Shown piece after piece: positions 41,127 to 50,971 of a stretch of 64,000 bases of DNA. The notes beneath the pieces were generated by a model. The model did not search any database. It was given only the letters and a program-made list of their open reading frames with translations, and was not told the DNA's origin. Position 1 is the first letter of the stretch, and every line of letters begins with the position of its first letter. The translations under genes were made by a program, and so were the position numbers. Origin of the DNA: an uncultured bacterium (GTDB lineage: Bacteria; Planctomycetota; UBA1135; GCA-002686595). Location of the stretch: positions 1,152,001 to 1,216,000 of the forward strand of contig CALSNU010000001.1 of NCBI GenBank assembly GCA_943787795.1, written 5' to 3'.

Positions 41127-42866
41127 TCACTTGCGCGCAGCGCCGAGGCTCAGGAGCGCGTAGCTCGTGGCGAGCACGGGGTTGCCTTCCCACCACCGGG
41201 GCGCGTTCCGATTCGCCCAGCTACCGTTCCCGCGATCCTGGAGCGAGAGGAGCCGGCCGGCGAGCTCGGCGCGCCAGTCGTGCTTCACGCCCTTCCCGTC
41301 CACGACCTCGTCGACGCCGTAGACGTCGAGGGCCTTCGCCATGGTGTGGAAGTAGTAGTAGAGGCCCTGGTAGGGGGCCACGGGATCGCCGCCGGGGTCG
41401 AAGCCCGGGTTGACGTCGAGGGTGTAGTTCTCGCACAGCCACTTCCAGCAGGCCTCGACCCGCGGATCGTCCTGGCTGAGGCCGGCGAAGACGAAGCTCT
41501 TGAGCAGGGCGTAGGTCATGGACCCGTAGGAGCGCGGGACCTTCGTGCCGTCCGCTAGCTGCACGAAGCCGGCCTTGGAGTCCCCCGGCGCGTAGCCCGC
41601 GCCGCCGTCGTCGCCGGACTTGATGAGGATGCCCTTGCGGGTCAGCTCGACGTCATTGGTCTCGGAGCGATTCTGGCAGCGCTCAAGGAACTTCAGGGCT
41701 CGCTGGAAGGCGGCGTCGTCCCGGGAGAGTCCAGAGGCGGCCAGCGCCTCAAGGGACATCTGGAGGTTGGAGAGGTCGGGGCGCTCGTCGCCGCCGTAAC
41801 CGATCCCGCCGTAGTACAGGTCGCCCTCGGAGTAGCCCTCGCCCTCGTCCGCCTGGAGCCCGATGAGCCAGTTGCGCGCGCGCAGCACGGGCTCGGCGTA
41901 CTTCGGTTCGGCAGCGAGCGCCATGATGGACGCCGAGGTGACGTAGTTCGCGAGGCGCCCCTGGTGGATGGAGCCGTTCGCTTTCTGGTGGGTGAGGATC
42001 CAGGCGAGGGCGTCGTCGATGGCGGCCTGGATGTCGGCGGGCCGCGGCTCGGGGACCTCGAGGAGCGCGCTGGTGACCATGGCGGTCAAGCCCGCGTCAG
42101 GCTGACCCGGCGCACCCCAGCGCGCGCCCTCTCCCGCGGCGAGGAGGAAGCGCGCCCCGCGCAGGACGGCCTCATCGATGTCGACGCGGGTCGCCGGGGA
42201 GTAGCGCGGGAGCGGGGACGGCTTGCCCGGAGCCGCGGCCGGCGGGGCGACCTGGCTGCGGATGCGCGTCAGCGCCTCGACGCCGCGGGCCGTCTCGGTG
42301 ACCCTGCCGCGCGGCCCCTCCCAGGAGCCCTCCTTCGCGCGGTCGCCGAGGAGCTTGAAGGCCAGGCGGGTCGCGCCGGCCTCGTCCTCGGGGACCTCGA
42401 TCTGCTCGAGTGAGGGGGCGTCGACGCCGTTGCTCGCGAGGTACTTCAGGGCCTTGCCGAGGGGCGCGACCGAGCGGTCGTCGATGTGCACCGAGAGCGC
42501 GGCGGCAGCGGCGCGGGTCGAGCCCAGGGCGGACCCCTCGGGCCGGTCCGCGTCCACGAAGGAGCCGTCCTCTCGCTGGAGAGAGAGGAGGTAGTCGAGG
42601 GCCTTCGAGATGAAGGGGCCGTCCGGCCGCTCGTACTTGCGCGGGCTCCTTGCCAGGGCGAAGAGGACCCACGCGGTGGCCTCGATGTCGCCGCCGTAGG
42701 CGCCGGTCTCGGGGTTCTGGGTGCTCCTCAGCCATCGGATCGAGAAGTCGATCTCGCCCTTCAGATCCGGGAGTTCGTCGGCCCTGGGGGCCTGGGCGGA
42801 GGCGAGTCCGGCGAGGGCCAGCGCGGAGAGGGCGATAGCGAGGGGGAGAGTGAGCAGTCTCAGCAT
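41127..42866 (-). CDS. Exported prenyltransferase/squalene-cyclase-like repeat protein
   Basis: Signal peptide; repeated (W/Y)L...Q..DGS(F/W) motifs, RPDLSN, YGSMTYALLKS, YYYFHT.AKAL. Confidence 0.85.
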   Translation of the reverse strand: MLRLLTLPLAIALSALALAGLASAQAPRADELPDLKGEIDFSIRWLRSTQNPETGAYGGDIEATAWVLFALARSPRKYERPDGPFISKALDYLLSLQREDGSFVDADRPEGSALGSTRAAAAALSVHIDDRSVAPLGKALKYLASNGVDAPSLEQIEVPEDEAGATRLAFKLLGDRAKEGSWEGPRGRVTETARGVEALTRIRSQVAPPAAAPGKPSPLPRYSPATRVDIDEAVLRGARFLLAAGEGARWGAPGQPDAGLTAMVTSALLEVPEPRPADIQAAIDDALAWILTHQKANGSIHQGRLANYVTSASIMALAAEPKYAEPVLRARNWLIGLQADEGEGYSEGDLYYGGIGYGGDERPDLSNLQMSLEALAASGLSRDDAAFQRALKFLERCQNRSETNDVELTRKGILIKSGDDGGAGYAPGDSKAGFVQLADGTKVPRSYGSMTYALLKSFVFAGLSQDDPRVEACWKWLCENYTLDVNPGFDPGGDPVAPYQGLYYYFHTMAKALDVYGVDEVVDGKGVKHDWRAELAGRLLSLQDRGNGSWANRNAPRWWEGNPVLATSYALLSLGAARK

Positions 42867-42999
42867 GTCATCGGTAACGTAGTCGAGCCTCGCGCGCAGG
42901 TCACCCCTCCGAGGGGGTCCGGCGCAGTGCCCTGGACGACCCCCGTAACGGCGCGCAGCCAGGGAGGTTCATCCCATTGTCCACATCCCCCGTGTCCCC

Positions 43000-43665
43000 A
43001 TGGCCGATGCCCCCTTCATTCCGCTCGAGTTCCGCCGCCAAGGCGAGGACGAGATGCGTGCGCGGGCCGCGGCCTTCGCCGCGGAGGCCGATCGGCGGCG
43101 TTCTGTACGGTCCTTCTCGCCTGAGCCGGTGCCGCTTGAAGTCCTCGAGGACTGCATCCGGGCAGCAGGGACCGCGCCCTCAGGCGCCCACAAGCAGCCG
43201 TGGACCTTTGCGCTTGTCACGGACCCGGAGCTGAAGGCGAAGATCCGGGCCGCGGCCGAGGAGGAGGAGGAGGCGAACTACCGCGGTCGTATGAACGACG
43301 AGTGGCTCGCGGATCTCCAGCCCTTCGGCACGGACGCGAGCAAGCCGTTCCTCGAGATCGCCCCCGCGCTCATCATCGTCTTTCGCCACGCCTGGGAGCT
43401 GCAGGGGGACGGGAGTCAGGGGCAGAACTACTACACCCAGGAGTCCGTGGGAATCGCGAGCGGCATGCTGCTCGCCGCGCTGAACGCCGCCGGCCTCGTG
43501 ACGCTGACGCACACGCCTAGCCCCATGGGCTTCCTCGCGAAGGTGCTCGACCGCCCCGCGAACGAGCGGGCGTTCCTGCTCATCCCGGTGGGCTACCCCG
43601 CCGACGGCTGCCAGGTCCCCGCGCTCGCGCGCAAGGACCTCGACGAGATCCTCGCTCGGTACTGA
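43000..43665 (+). CDS. Nitroreductase superfamily, iodotyrosine deiodinase-like
   Basis: RRSVRSF, APSGAHKQPW, EEEEANY, KPFLE.AP, ESVGIA, LTHTPSPM. Confidence 0.88.
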   Translation: MADAPFIPLEFRRQGEDEMRARAAAFAAEADRRRSVRSFSPEPVPLEVLEDCIRAAGTAPSGAHKQPWTFALVTDPELKAKIRAAAEEEEEANYRGRMNDEWLADLQPFGTDASKPFLEIAPALIIVFRHAWELQGDGSQGQNYYTQESVGIASGMLLAALNAAGLVTLTHTPSPMGFLAKVLDRPANERAFLLIPVGYPADGCQVPALARKDLDEILARY

Positions 43666-43719
43666 GTCCTTCCTCGGCACTGAATCCTCGCTCGGCACCG
43701 AATCCTCGCGCGCTGCTGA
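43648..43719. repeat. 18-bp tandem repeat, 4 copies derived from the last six codons of the upstream gene
   Basis: ATCCTCGCTCGGTACTGA, GTCCTTCCTCGGCACTGA, ATCCTCGCTCGGCACCGA, ATCCTCGCGCGCTGCTGA. Confidence 0.85.
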
Positions 43720-43749
43720 GCGTCCGCCAGCGGCAGGCGCCGGCGTGGC

Positions 43750-44079
43750 TCAGCCCTGGTCGGGGCGAACGACCTTGACCGCCGTGCCGTAGGCCACGAC
43801 CTCGGCGCAGTTCTTCGCGACCTCACTGGTGGCGAAGCGGAAGCCGACGACCGCGTCTGCGCCGAGGGCGAAGGCCTCGGCCTTCATGCGATCGAGCGCC
43901 TCCTCCCGCGCCTCGGCGATGACCTTGGTGTACTCGTGGACCTCACCGCCGACCAGGCCCTTGAAGGCGGCGATCAGGTTGTGGCCCCAGTGGCGCGTCC
44001 GGACGGTGGTCCCGCGGACGAGCCCGAGGCTCTCGGTGATCTCAGCGGCGGCGACCTCGGTGGTGGTCAGGATCAACAT
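43750..44079 (-). CDS. YbjQ (UPF0145) family protein
   Basis: LGLVRG, VGGEV..YT.....AREEAL.RM...A..LGADAVVG, EVVAYGTAV. Confidence 0.93.
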   Translation of the reverse strand: MLILTTTEVAAAEITESLGLVRGTTVRTRHWGHNLIAAFKGLVGGEVHEYTKVIAEAREEALDRMKAEAFALGADAVVGFRFATSEVAKNCAEVVAYGTAVKVVRPDQG

Positions 44080-44080
44080 G

Positions 44081-44551
44081 TCAGCGCTGGACGTGGCGGT
44101 AGGGGTCGAGGGGGATGGCGCGCAGGCGGCGGCGGAGCACCGCGCTGAAGAGCAGCGCGAGCCCGAGCACACCGGCCCCCGCGAGGGCGCGGGCAGGGAA
44201 GGGGACCGTGTCGTCGAGGAGGAAGCTCCCGCTCGCGACGGCGGCGCCGATGAGCGCGGACGCGGTGAGCAGCACCCAGCCGGCGACGGTGCTCCCTCGA
44301 TGGGTGGGGTCTGCCTTGAGCCTCGCCCAGTCGATCTCGGCTGGTTCGGGGTGCCCCACCTGCCGCGCGAGGGCGTCGAGGGCCCGGTGCTCGGCCACGA
44401 GACGCAGGAGGGCGGGGTCGCTCTTCAGGCGCGTGGCGAAGGCCGCGGCTTCCTCGGCGCCCAGCTCGCCATCGGCAAAGGCCATGGCCATGAGCTCATC
44501 CTCGCCAGGCGGCGGCTCCTCGGGATGGCGGTTGTCCGGGTCCAGCATCAT
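44081..44551 (-). CDS. Putative anti-sigma factor membrane protein
   Basis: AFADGEL..EE...F..RL N-terminus, two TM helices, DPY..V.R end; directly downstream of the ECF sigma. Confidence 0.7.
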   Translation of the reverse strand: MMLDPDNRHPEEPPPGEDELMAMAFADGELGAEEAAAFATRLKSDPALLRLVAEHRALDALARQVGHPEPAEIDWARLKADPTHRGSTVAGWVLLTASALIGAAVASGSFLLDDTVPFPARALAGAGVLGLALLFSAVLRRRLRAIPLDPYRHVQR

Positions 44552-44577
44552 GGGTGGTCTTACGCGCCGAGCTGAGC

Positions 44578-45192
44578 TCAGCGCGGCGAGCGTCCTCCGT
44601 CGCTCGTTGGACTCAAGAGATCTTCGATCCTCGGTTCAAGATGTACGCGCAGTCGCTTCCGTGCGTGGAAGAGCCGCGACATGACGGTCCCCTGGGGGAT
44701 CTCCAGGGCCTCTGAGATCTCGCGGTAGGAGAGCTCCTGGTAGTGGCGAAGGACCAGGATCTCCCGGTCGGTCGCGGAGAGTCGCTCGAGGGCGACCTCG
44801 AAGTGCTCGCGGCGCTCCTCTGCGACGAACCGGTCCGAGGGGCTCGGAGCGGACTCGTCCTCCAGCTGGAGGGTGTGGCTCTCGCCGTCCGAATCGACGG
44901 CGTGTAGCGAGGTGTTGCGCGCGCGGCCGCGCTTGCGGAGGAAGCTGAAGCAGGTGTTCCTCAGGATGCGGTGGAACCAGGGCAGGAACGGCTGGTCCGG
45001 GTCATAGCTCCCCTTCGCCTTGTAGGCCTTGATGAAGGCCTCCTGCGTCATGTCGAGGGCGTCCGCATGGGAGCCGACCAGGGAGCGTGCCGACTGGATG
45101 GCGACCCCGCGGACCTTCAGGAACAGGGCCTCGAACGCCTCTTCGTCACCCGAGCGGGCGGCGGTCATGAGTTGTGTGGCCTCGCAGTGCAT
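44578..45192 (-). CDS. ECF RNA polymerase sigma factor
   Basis: GDEEAFEAL, DMTQEAF, F.PWFHRI.RN, LSYREISEAL.IP.GTVMSRLFHAR; start position approximate. Confidence 0.93.
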   Translation of the reverse strand: MHCEATQLMTAARSGDEEAFEALFLKVRGVAIQSARSLVGSHADALDMTQEAFIKAYKAKGSYDPDQPFLPWFHRILRNTCFSFLRKRGRARNTSLHAVDSDGESHTLQLEDESAPSPSDRFVAEERREHFEVALERLSATDREILVLRHYQELSYREISEALEIPQGTVMSRLFHARKRLRVHLEPRIEDLLSPTSDGGRSPR

Positions 45193-45358
45193 CGTCGAAC
45201 GGCTGTACCCGGGGCTCTCGGGGTCATTCAATGAATGTGATGAAAACCCATGCCCTGCGCTCGGGGACGGGTCAGGAGCCCCCTCGGAGGGCCCTGCGGC
45301 GCCGCCAGGGAGGTCCGCCGTGGGCGACCCGTCTGCGTCGCTGGAAGGTGGCTTCGGC

Positions 45359-46726
45359 TCAGGCACGGGCTGGGGCTCCTGTGGCCCCCGGGGGCGTGGC
45401 GAGGTTGAGGGCGTGGGCCGCCGCGCGGTCAATGGCGCCCGGCGGACCGAGGCGGCGGGCGGCCCCCTCGAGGCCCTCGGAGGCGCGCGCGCGGGTCTCG
45501 GGATCCAGGAAGGCGTCTCGAACCTGGGCTCCCACTAGCCCGACGGGGCCCTCTCCGCGGAAGCCGTGCTCGGGGAGCACCTCGCTGCCGGCGAGCAGGT
45601 TGGTGGACGCGAAGAAGGGGGTCGTGAGCACGTGGTCATAGAGAAAAGACTCGAGCCTCTTCGAGAACCGGTAGAGCACGACCGTGGGGAGTCGATGATG
45701 GAGCACGTCCGTCAGGATGGTCCCTGACACGGCGAAGGCGGACCGGGCTCGGGCGAGCTCTCCGTGCAGGTCCCCGCTGGCGAAGGTCACCACATGGTCC
45801 CGGGCGAGCTCTCCGATCAGAGCGGCGTGTTCGTCGGTGGCCTGGAGGATCCGCACCTCGGCGTCGGGCGCGGCCTTCCGGAGCGGCTCTAGGGCGTCGA
45901 GCATCCACGGGAGATTGCGCTGGATCACGCCCCGGCGGCTCCCGGGGAGCAGCGCGAGGACCCGTGACCGCTCATCGGGTCGGGTCACGGGGGTCTCCGC
46001 GAGATGGTCGAGGAGGGGGTGGCCGATGTGGCGGGTGTGGACCTCGTGCCTCGAGTACCAGGCGGGCTCGTGGGGGAGAATGGTGAGGGCGAGGTCCATG
46101 GCCCTTCGGTAGCCCCGGACTCGCCAGGGGGCCCAGCCCCAGTACTGCGGCGCCACGAGGTGGCAGGTCTTGACGCCATAACGCCGGACGGCGTGGGCCA
46201 GGGGCACATTCAGAGCGGGGGAGTCCACCGGGATGAAGAGGTCCGGGCGTACCGTTCGAGCGTGCCGGGCGGTGTCCTCGATCACCCCGACGTAGTACGG
46301 CAGCGACTCGAGGACGCCGTCGAAACCTGTGTGGGCGCGGGCCACGGGGTCCGCGATGGTCGGAACATCGAGGGCGCGGATGCGCTCTCCGCCCAGCGCG
46401 GCGAACTCCGGAGCCGGGCCACCGGCGGCCTCGACGCGGGCGCGAATGGCCTGGATCAGGTTGGCGCCGTGGATCTCGCCGGAGGCCTCGGCGGCCCCGA
46501 TCAGGATGCGAAGCGGGCGATCGGTCGGGACCTCGGGTGTGGGGAGCGGGCTGAGCACCCCGGCGCCCTCGTGCACGTCCTCTCGGATCTCCGAGAGGAC
46601 ACGGCGCCGCACCGGCACGTGGGCCGCGTATCGCAGCGGCGCGAGGAGCGCCCCGCCGAGGGCGCGGCCCAGCTCGAGCCGCGCCGCCGTCCGCGGTCGG
46701 GTGCCATGTAGAGATCGATCAGCCAC
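45359..46726 (-). CDS. lpxB: Lipid-A-disaccharide synthase
   Basis: AEASGEIHG, DSPALN, APQYWGWAPWR, ILPHE, GHPLLD, LLPGSR, SGT. Confidence 0.88.
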   Translation of the reverse strand: MADRSLHGTRPRTAARLELGRALGGALLAPLRYAAHVPVRRRVLSEIREDVHEGAGVLSPLPTPEVPTDRPLRILIGAAEASGEIHGANLIQAIRARVEAAGGPAPEFAALGGERIRALDVPTIADPVARAHTGFDGVLESLPYYVGVIEDTARHARTVRPDLFIPVDSPALNVPLAHAVRRYGVKTCHLVAPQYWGWAPWRVRGYRRAMDLALTILPHEPAWYSRHEVHTRHIGHPLLDHLAETPVTRPDERSRVLALLPGSRRGVIQRNLPWMLDALEPLRKAAPDAEVRILQATDEHAALIGELARDHVVTFASGDLHGELARARSAFAVSGTILTDVLHHRLPTVVLYRFSKRLESFLYDHVLTTPFFASTNLLAGSEVLPEHGFRGEGPVGLVGAQVRDAFLDPETRARASEGLEGAARRLGPPGAIDRAAAHALNLATPPGATGAPARA

Positions 46727-46767
46727 GTCGGGAGGATACGTTCGTGGTGCGTTATCCTCCCCACGGG

Positions 46768-47466
46768 ATGGCTCGACTCCTCATCTTCTTCGTCTCGGTC
46801 TTCATTCTGACGGGCTTCCTGGCGCAGCTTCCGCTGGTCGGGGCGCTGTTCCGGATCCCCTTCCTGGGCTTCTGGTTCACGGCTCTGCTGGTCTCTGCGG
46901 TGGCAGCGAAGCTCGGCACCGAGGCCGTTGATGCGGGCGCGCGGCGGCGGCTCGAGCGATCGCTGGGGGCCGTGGATACACCCCACCACAAGGGGAAGCT
47001 GGGCGCGCTGTTGCTCTCCCAGGGCAAGGCCCGTCGGGCGATCCCGCTGCTGGAGGCCGCGTCCGAGGGGGACCCCTCCTCCCTGGAGCTGCGCTATCGG
47101 TTAGGGGAGGCTCGGCTTCGCGCGGGTGGCGACCCTGAGGGCGCCCTCGAGGCGCTCGACTCGGTCCTCCAAGAGGACGAGGAGTATGCCTACGGCGGGG
47201 CGATGCTGCGGTCGGTCGAGGCGGCCCGGGCTGCGAGGCAGTGGGAGGGCGCGCTGGAGCGGGTGAAGCGGCTGGAGCGAAATCACGGCGAGACTCCGGA
47301 GAGCGCGATGCTGCGCGCGCGGATCCTGCGCGCCGCCGGCGACGTCGAGTCGGCGCGCCGAGCGTTCGATGAGGTGGTGCCCCTGGCGGCGGTCAGCGGT
47401 CGGGGGGGCGCGTCCCGAACCTGGACATGGCGGCTCAGGACGATGCTGGCGCGTAGCTTCGGCTGA
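46768..47466 (+). CDS. Membrane-anchored TPR protein
   Basis: Two N-terminal TM segments followed by TPR-like units (LG.LLL.QG..RRAIPLLE). Confidence 0.75.
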   Translation: MARLLIFFVSVFILTGFLAQLPLVGALFRIPFLGFWFTALLVSAVAAKLGTEAVDAGARRRLERSLGAVDTPHHKGKLGALLLSQGKARRAIPLLEAASEGDPSSLELRYRLGEARLRAGGDPEGALEALDSVLQEDEEYAYGGAMLRSVEAARAARQWEGALERVKRLERNHGETPESAMLRARILRAAGDVESARRAFDEVVPLAAVSGRGGASRTWTWRLRTMLARSFG

Positions 47467-47508
47467 CCCGTCTGGAGCGTGGGGGTGCTCGTGGACGATC
47501 AAGGGTCC

Positions 47509-48984
47509 ATGCGAGCATGCCACCTGCTGATCCTCGGAGCTCTGTTGATGGCCAGCGCCTCTGGCGCTTCCTCCAGCGGCGCGACGCCGGAGCGACTCGA
47601 GAAGTACCCCGCGCTTGGCTTCGGTTTCGAGCGCTCCTCCCGGCTTGAAGCGCGGCAAGTACCGCCGGACGCGGAGGGGTTGCTGATGCTCTTCGCGACG
47701 AAGGAGGGGCCGAGTGATCGAGCGGCGCCTTGTACCCAGAGCGTGTACCGGGTGGAGAAGCCCGGGCTCGACGCGACGGGGACCCGGGCCTGGGCCCAGG
47801 GCGTCTTCCCGACGTCGGACCTCGACGAGGAGCGCTACGTCCGCGTTCGCTTCGGCCGCAAGCCGTTCCGCCTCTCCGGGTATCACGTGGTGGATGGGAA
47901 GAAGCGGAGCGTCTTCATCCACGCGTGGGCAGGGCCCAAGGACGCCATCGTCTTCGTGGGAGAGTGCGAGGAGTCGCTCTACCGCCGCGAGCGTCGGGCC
48001 TTTCAGCGGGCGGCGACCAGCTTCAAGTTCTTCGAGCAGGCCGAGGTGGACCAGGGTCGCAGGAAGTGGGAGGCGCGGTATCGAAAGACGGTGCTCCCAT
48101 TCGAGGAGGAGCGTATCGAGATCGGCGTCAAGCTGGCCGATGGCTGGAGCGTCACGGACACCAAGAGCGCGATGGTCTTGTTCCACGGGCCCAAGCACTC
48201 GCCCCTCCCCGTGCAGCTCTCAGGGGCCATGATGGCCGTTCGCCGCAGGCTCACGGCGGACCTCCCACCCGATCGGAAGATCTCATCGCTCGCGGTGGTT
48301 CGAATCTGCCGCGATCGCGGGGAGTACCTGACCTATGGCGGGAGCCCCACGACCGTGGGCTACTTCAACCCAGGAGTCGGAGAGCTCGTCCTCTACGACG
48401 CCCGCCAGGACTCCGAGGGTCCCATCCCGCTGGATCACCCCACGGCCAGGACGCTCTACCACGAGGTCTGCCACCAGTACCTCGACCAGGTGATGAGCGC
48501 CGCTTCGCCTCAGACCTGGTTCGGCGAGGGCCTCTCGGAGTACTACGCCGGCGCGCGTATTCGATCCGGCCGGGTCGTCGAGATCGGGCCCCTGGAGCAG
48601 CAACTCGAGTACCTACAGCGCAAGGAGGTCCGCGCTGCGCTGCCGTCGCTCGGCGAGTTGATCGGCCTCTCCAGGTCAGCCTTCTACGCCAACGCTGCAG
48701 CGTGCTATCCGTACAGCTACGCCTTCATCCGGTTCCTGCAGACCAGCAAGGAGGCTCAGTCGCGCAGGGCATGGGGCTCGTTGGTCGAGCGGTACTTCCT
48801 GGCCCTGAGGGAGAGTTGGCGCTCGGAGGTCGAGGAGCTCGCGCTCAGCGGGATCACCCAGCGCGCGTATGACGCGGCTGTGGCCCGGAGCCAGCTGAGC
48901 GCCCTCGACGCAGCCTTCGAGGGGGTGGACGTGCCGGAGCTGGAGCGAGCGTTCTGGGACTGGATCACGCGCGGAGAAGGCTGA
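47509..48984 (+). CDS. Exported DUF1570/peptidase MA-like zinc-binding protein
   Basis: Signal peptide; GYF.P, LYHEVCHQY, WFGEGLSEYY. Confidence 0.75.
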   Translation: MRACHLLILGALLMASASGASSSGATPERLEKYPALGFGFERSSRLEARQVPPDAEGLLMLFATKEGPSDRAAPCTQSVYRVEKPGLDATGTRAWAQGVFPTSDLDEERYVRVRFGRKPFRLSGYHVVDGKKRSVFIHAWAGPKDAIVFVGECEESLYRRERRAFQRAATSFKFFEQAEVDQGRRKWEARYRKTVLPFEEERIEIGVKLADGWSVTDTKSAMVLFHGPKHSPLPVQLSGAMMAVRRRLTADLPPDRKISSLAVVRICRDRGEYLTYGGSPTTVGYFNPGVGELVLYDARQDSEGPIPLDHPTARTLYHEVCHQYLDQVMSAASPQTWFGEGLSEYYAGARIRSGRVVEIGPLEQQLEYLQRKEVRAALPSLGELIGLSRSAFYANAAACYPYSYAFIRFLQTSKEAQSRRAWGSLVERYFLALRESWRSEVEELALSGITQRAYDAAVARSQLSALDAAFEGVDVPELERAFWDWITRGEG

Positions 48985-49223
48985 GCCCCCGGATGGCCCG
49001 AGGTGCGCCCGAGCGATCGCCGGAGGAGTTCGAGCCTCCGATGGACGCCAGCACCCGGGCGGCCCCCAGGCTCGCGCCAGGGCTCAGGGCAGAGGGTCCA
49101 GCAAGGAGGGCTCAGCACAGAGGGCCCGAGACAAGGAGCTCAGAACTCCGGCCCCAGCGTTCCCTGCGCAGCGCCTTCTACCCGGGGCTCCCAACCCGGG
49201 GCTCCCTACCCGGGGCTTGGCCC

Positions 49224-49988
49224 TCAGGGCACTCGCTTGAGGAACGCACGAACAGAGAGGCCGTAGGCGGCGGCGGTGCAGGCGAGCATCGGCGCGAGCA
49301 GCGTCCAGTTCATGGCATCGTTCGTGATGATGCGCATGAACACCTTGATCTCGACCAGGCGGTAGAGGGAGTAATGGGTGACGCCCTCCACCAGGTAGAG
49401 GGCGAAGACCATGACGGAGACGAAGAGCATCACGAAGCTGATGCGCATGGGCTCGGAGCTGTGGCATGACCACAGGAAGCTGACCGCGTAGATCGCCGCC
49501 AGGAAGGCGCTCATGTGCACGGAGCAGCGCATCAGGTCCGAGATGGCCATGGTCTTGTCGAACATGCCGAGGAGCCCAGGGACCGTCAGGCTCGTCGCAA
49601 ACACCGGCCCGATCACGACGAGCAGGCCTCCAAGCCAGCGTTCGCTCACGAGCCTCAGCCGCGACACCGGGCGCGCGAGCCAGATCTCCATGGTGCCGCG
49701 GTGGGCCTCGCCGGCGACCGAGTTGGCCGCGAACAGCACCGCCGCCGCGGTTCCAAGCGCGCTGCAGCCCTTGAAGAAGTGCTGGCCCACGATGTAACCC
49801 GAGACGCCGAACTGGTCGACCTGGTCCACGAGGTCGCTGAGCATCGCGATCGGGGCCGCGATGGCCTTGATCGAGGGAATGTTCTGCTCGAAGGTCGGCC
49901 ACCAGTAGATCGCCGCGACGAGCATGATCTCCAGCACGGCGAAGAAGCCGATCCCGTAGATGATGTAGCCCCTGCTGCCCTTGAACAT
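49224..49988 (-). CDS. ABC-2 type transporter permease
   Basis: About 6 TM segments; AGEAHRGTMEIWLARPVSR. Confidence 0.9.
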   Translation of the reverse strand: MFKGSRGYIIYGIGFFAVLEIMLVAAIYWWPTFEQNIPSIKAIAAPIAMLSDLVDQVDQFGVSGYIVGQHFFKGCSALGTAAAVLFAANSVAGEAHRGTMEIWLARPVSRLRLVSERWLGGLLVVIGPVFATSLTVPGLLGMFDKTMAISDLMRCSVHMSAFLAAIYAVSFLWSCHSSEPMRISFVMLFVSVMVFALYLVEGVTHYSLYRLVEIKVFMRIITNDAMNWTLLAPMLACTAAAYGLSVRAFLKRVP

Positions 49989-50950
49989 CAGGTGCCCTCC
50001 ACGCCGTAGAGCGTCCGGTACAGCTCGCTCAAGGAGATCCGGCCGTGCTCCACGCTGATGGGGGCGGGCAGATCGCCAGAGGCGGCGAGGCGGCCGAGAA
50101 ATGCCCTGGGGTCATCGTCAGAGAGCATGACGTTCACCCGGTCGGCGGCCTCCTCGACGGACTCGACCCCGGGACCCTCGAGGACCGTGGTGCTCGTCGG
50201 CTTCAGGGCGCCTGGGGAGAACCGGAGCCGGACGAGGCGGCCGGCGCGGCGCCGGACCTCCTCCGCGCTCTCGTCGGCGACGACGCGGCCAGCGTTCAGG
50301 AAGACGAGCCGCTGGCAGGAGCGATCCACCTCGCCCAGGTGATGGGAGGAGAGCAGGATCGTGGTCCCTCGCGCCGCGTCCGCGTCGATGAGGTCGAGGA
50401 CCTGACTCCGCTTGGCCGGGTCGAGCCCCTCGCTGATCTCGTCGAGGATCCGGACCCGGACCTCCGGCGCGATGGCCGCCGCGAAGAGGAGCTGGCGCTT
50501 CATTCCGTGGCTGTACTCGCGGATCCTGCGGTCCAGGGGGAGGCCCAGCTCTCCGGCGATGGCGCGTGCGCGCTCGAGGCTCGAGCCGGGGCGCCCGCGC
50601 ATGAGAAACCGCAGGTGCTCGCCGCCCTTCAGCTCCCCGTACAGGTGGAGCTCGCCGGGCGCGTAGGTGGTGCGCCGCCGGATCGCGAGCCCATCGCCGG
50701 TGAGGCGTACGCCATCCACGGAGATCTCTCCCCGCTGCTTCGGGACCAGGCCCGTGAGCAGGCGCATCAGCGTGCTCTTGCCGCTCCCGTTGGGACCCAG
50801 CAGGCCGACGACGCCGCCGGGAGGGATCTGGAGGTCGGTGGGGTGCAGCGCCTGGTTGGCGCCGAAGCGGTGCTCCAGCCCGCGGACCTCGACGCCGCCA
50901 GCAGTCTCCGAGGGAGGGGACGCGGCCTGGTTGGGGGCGACGGCGGACAT
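49988..50950 (-). CDS. ABC transporter ATP-binding protein
   Basis: GPNGSGKST, YSHGMKR, ILDE, SSH. Confidence 0.95.
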   Translation of the reverse strand: MSAVAPNQAASPPSETAGGVEVRGLEHRFGANQALHPTDLQIPPGGVVGLLGPNGSGKSTLMRLLTGLVPKQRGEISVDGVRLTGDGLAIRRRTTYAPGELHLYGELKGGEHLRFLMRGRPGSSLERARAIAGELGLPLDRRIREYSHGMKRQLLFAAAIAPEVRVRILDEISEGLDPAKRSQVLDLIDADAARGTTILLSSHHLGEVDRSCQRLVFLNAGRVVADESAEEVRRRAGRLVRLRFSPGALKPTSTTVLEGPGVESVEEAADRVNVMLSDDDPRAFLGRLAASGDLPAPISVEHGRISLSELYRTLYGVEGT

Positions 50951-50971
50951 GTGCGTGGTAGGTTACTCAGC

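Noticed and set aside
41127..42866. Squalene-hopene cyclase call
   Set aside because: No DxDD catalytic motif was found and the protein has a signal peptide; only the repeat fold is supported.
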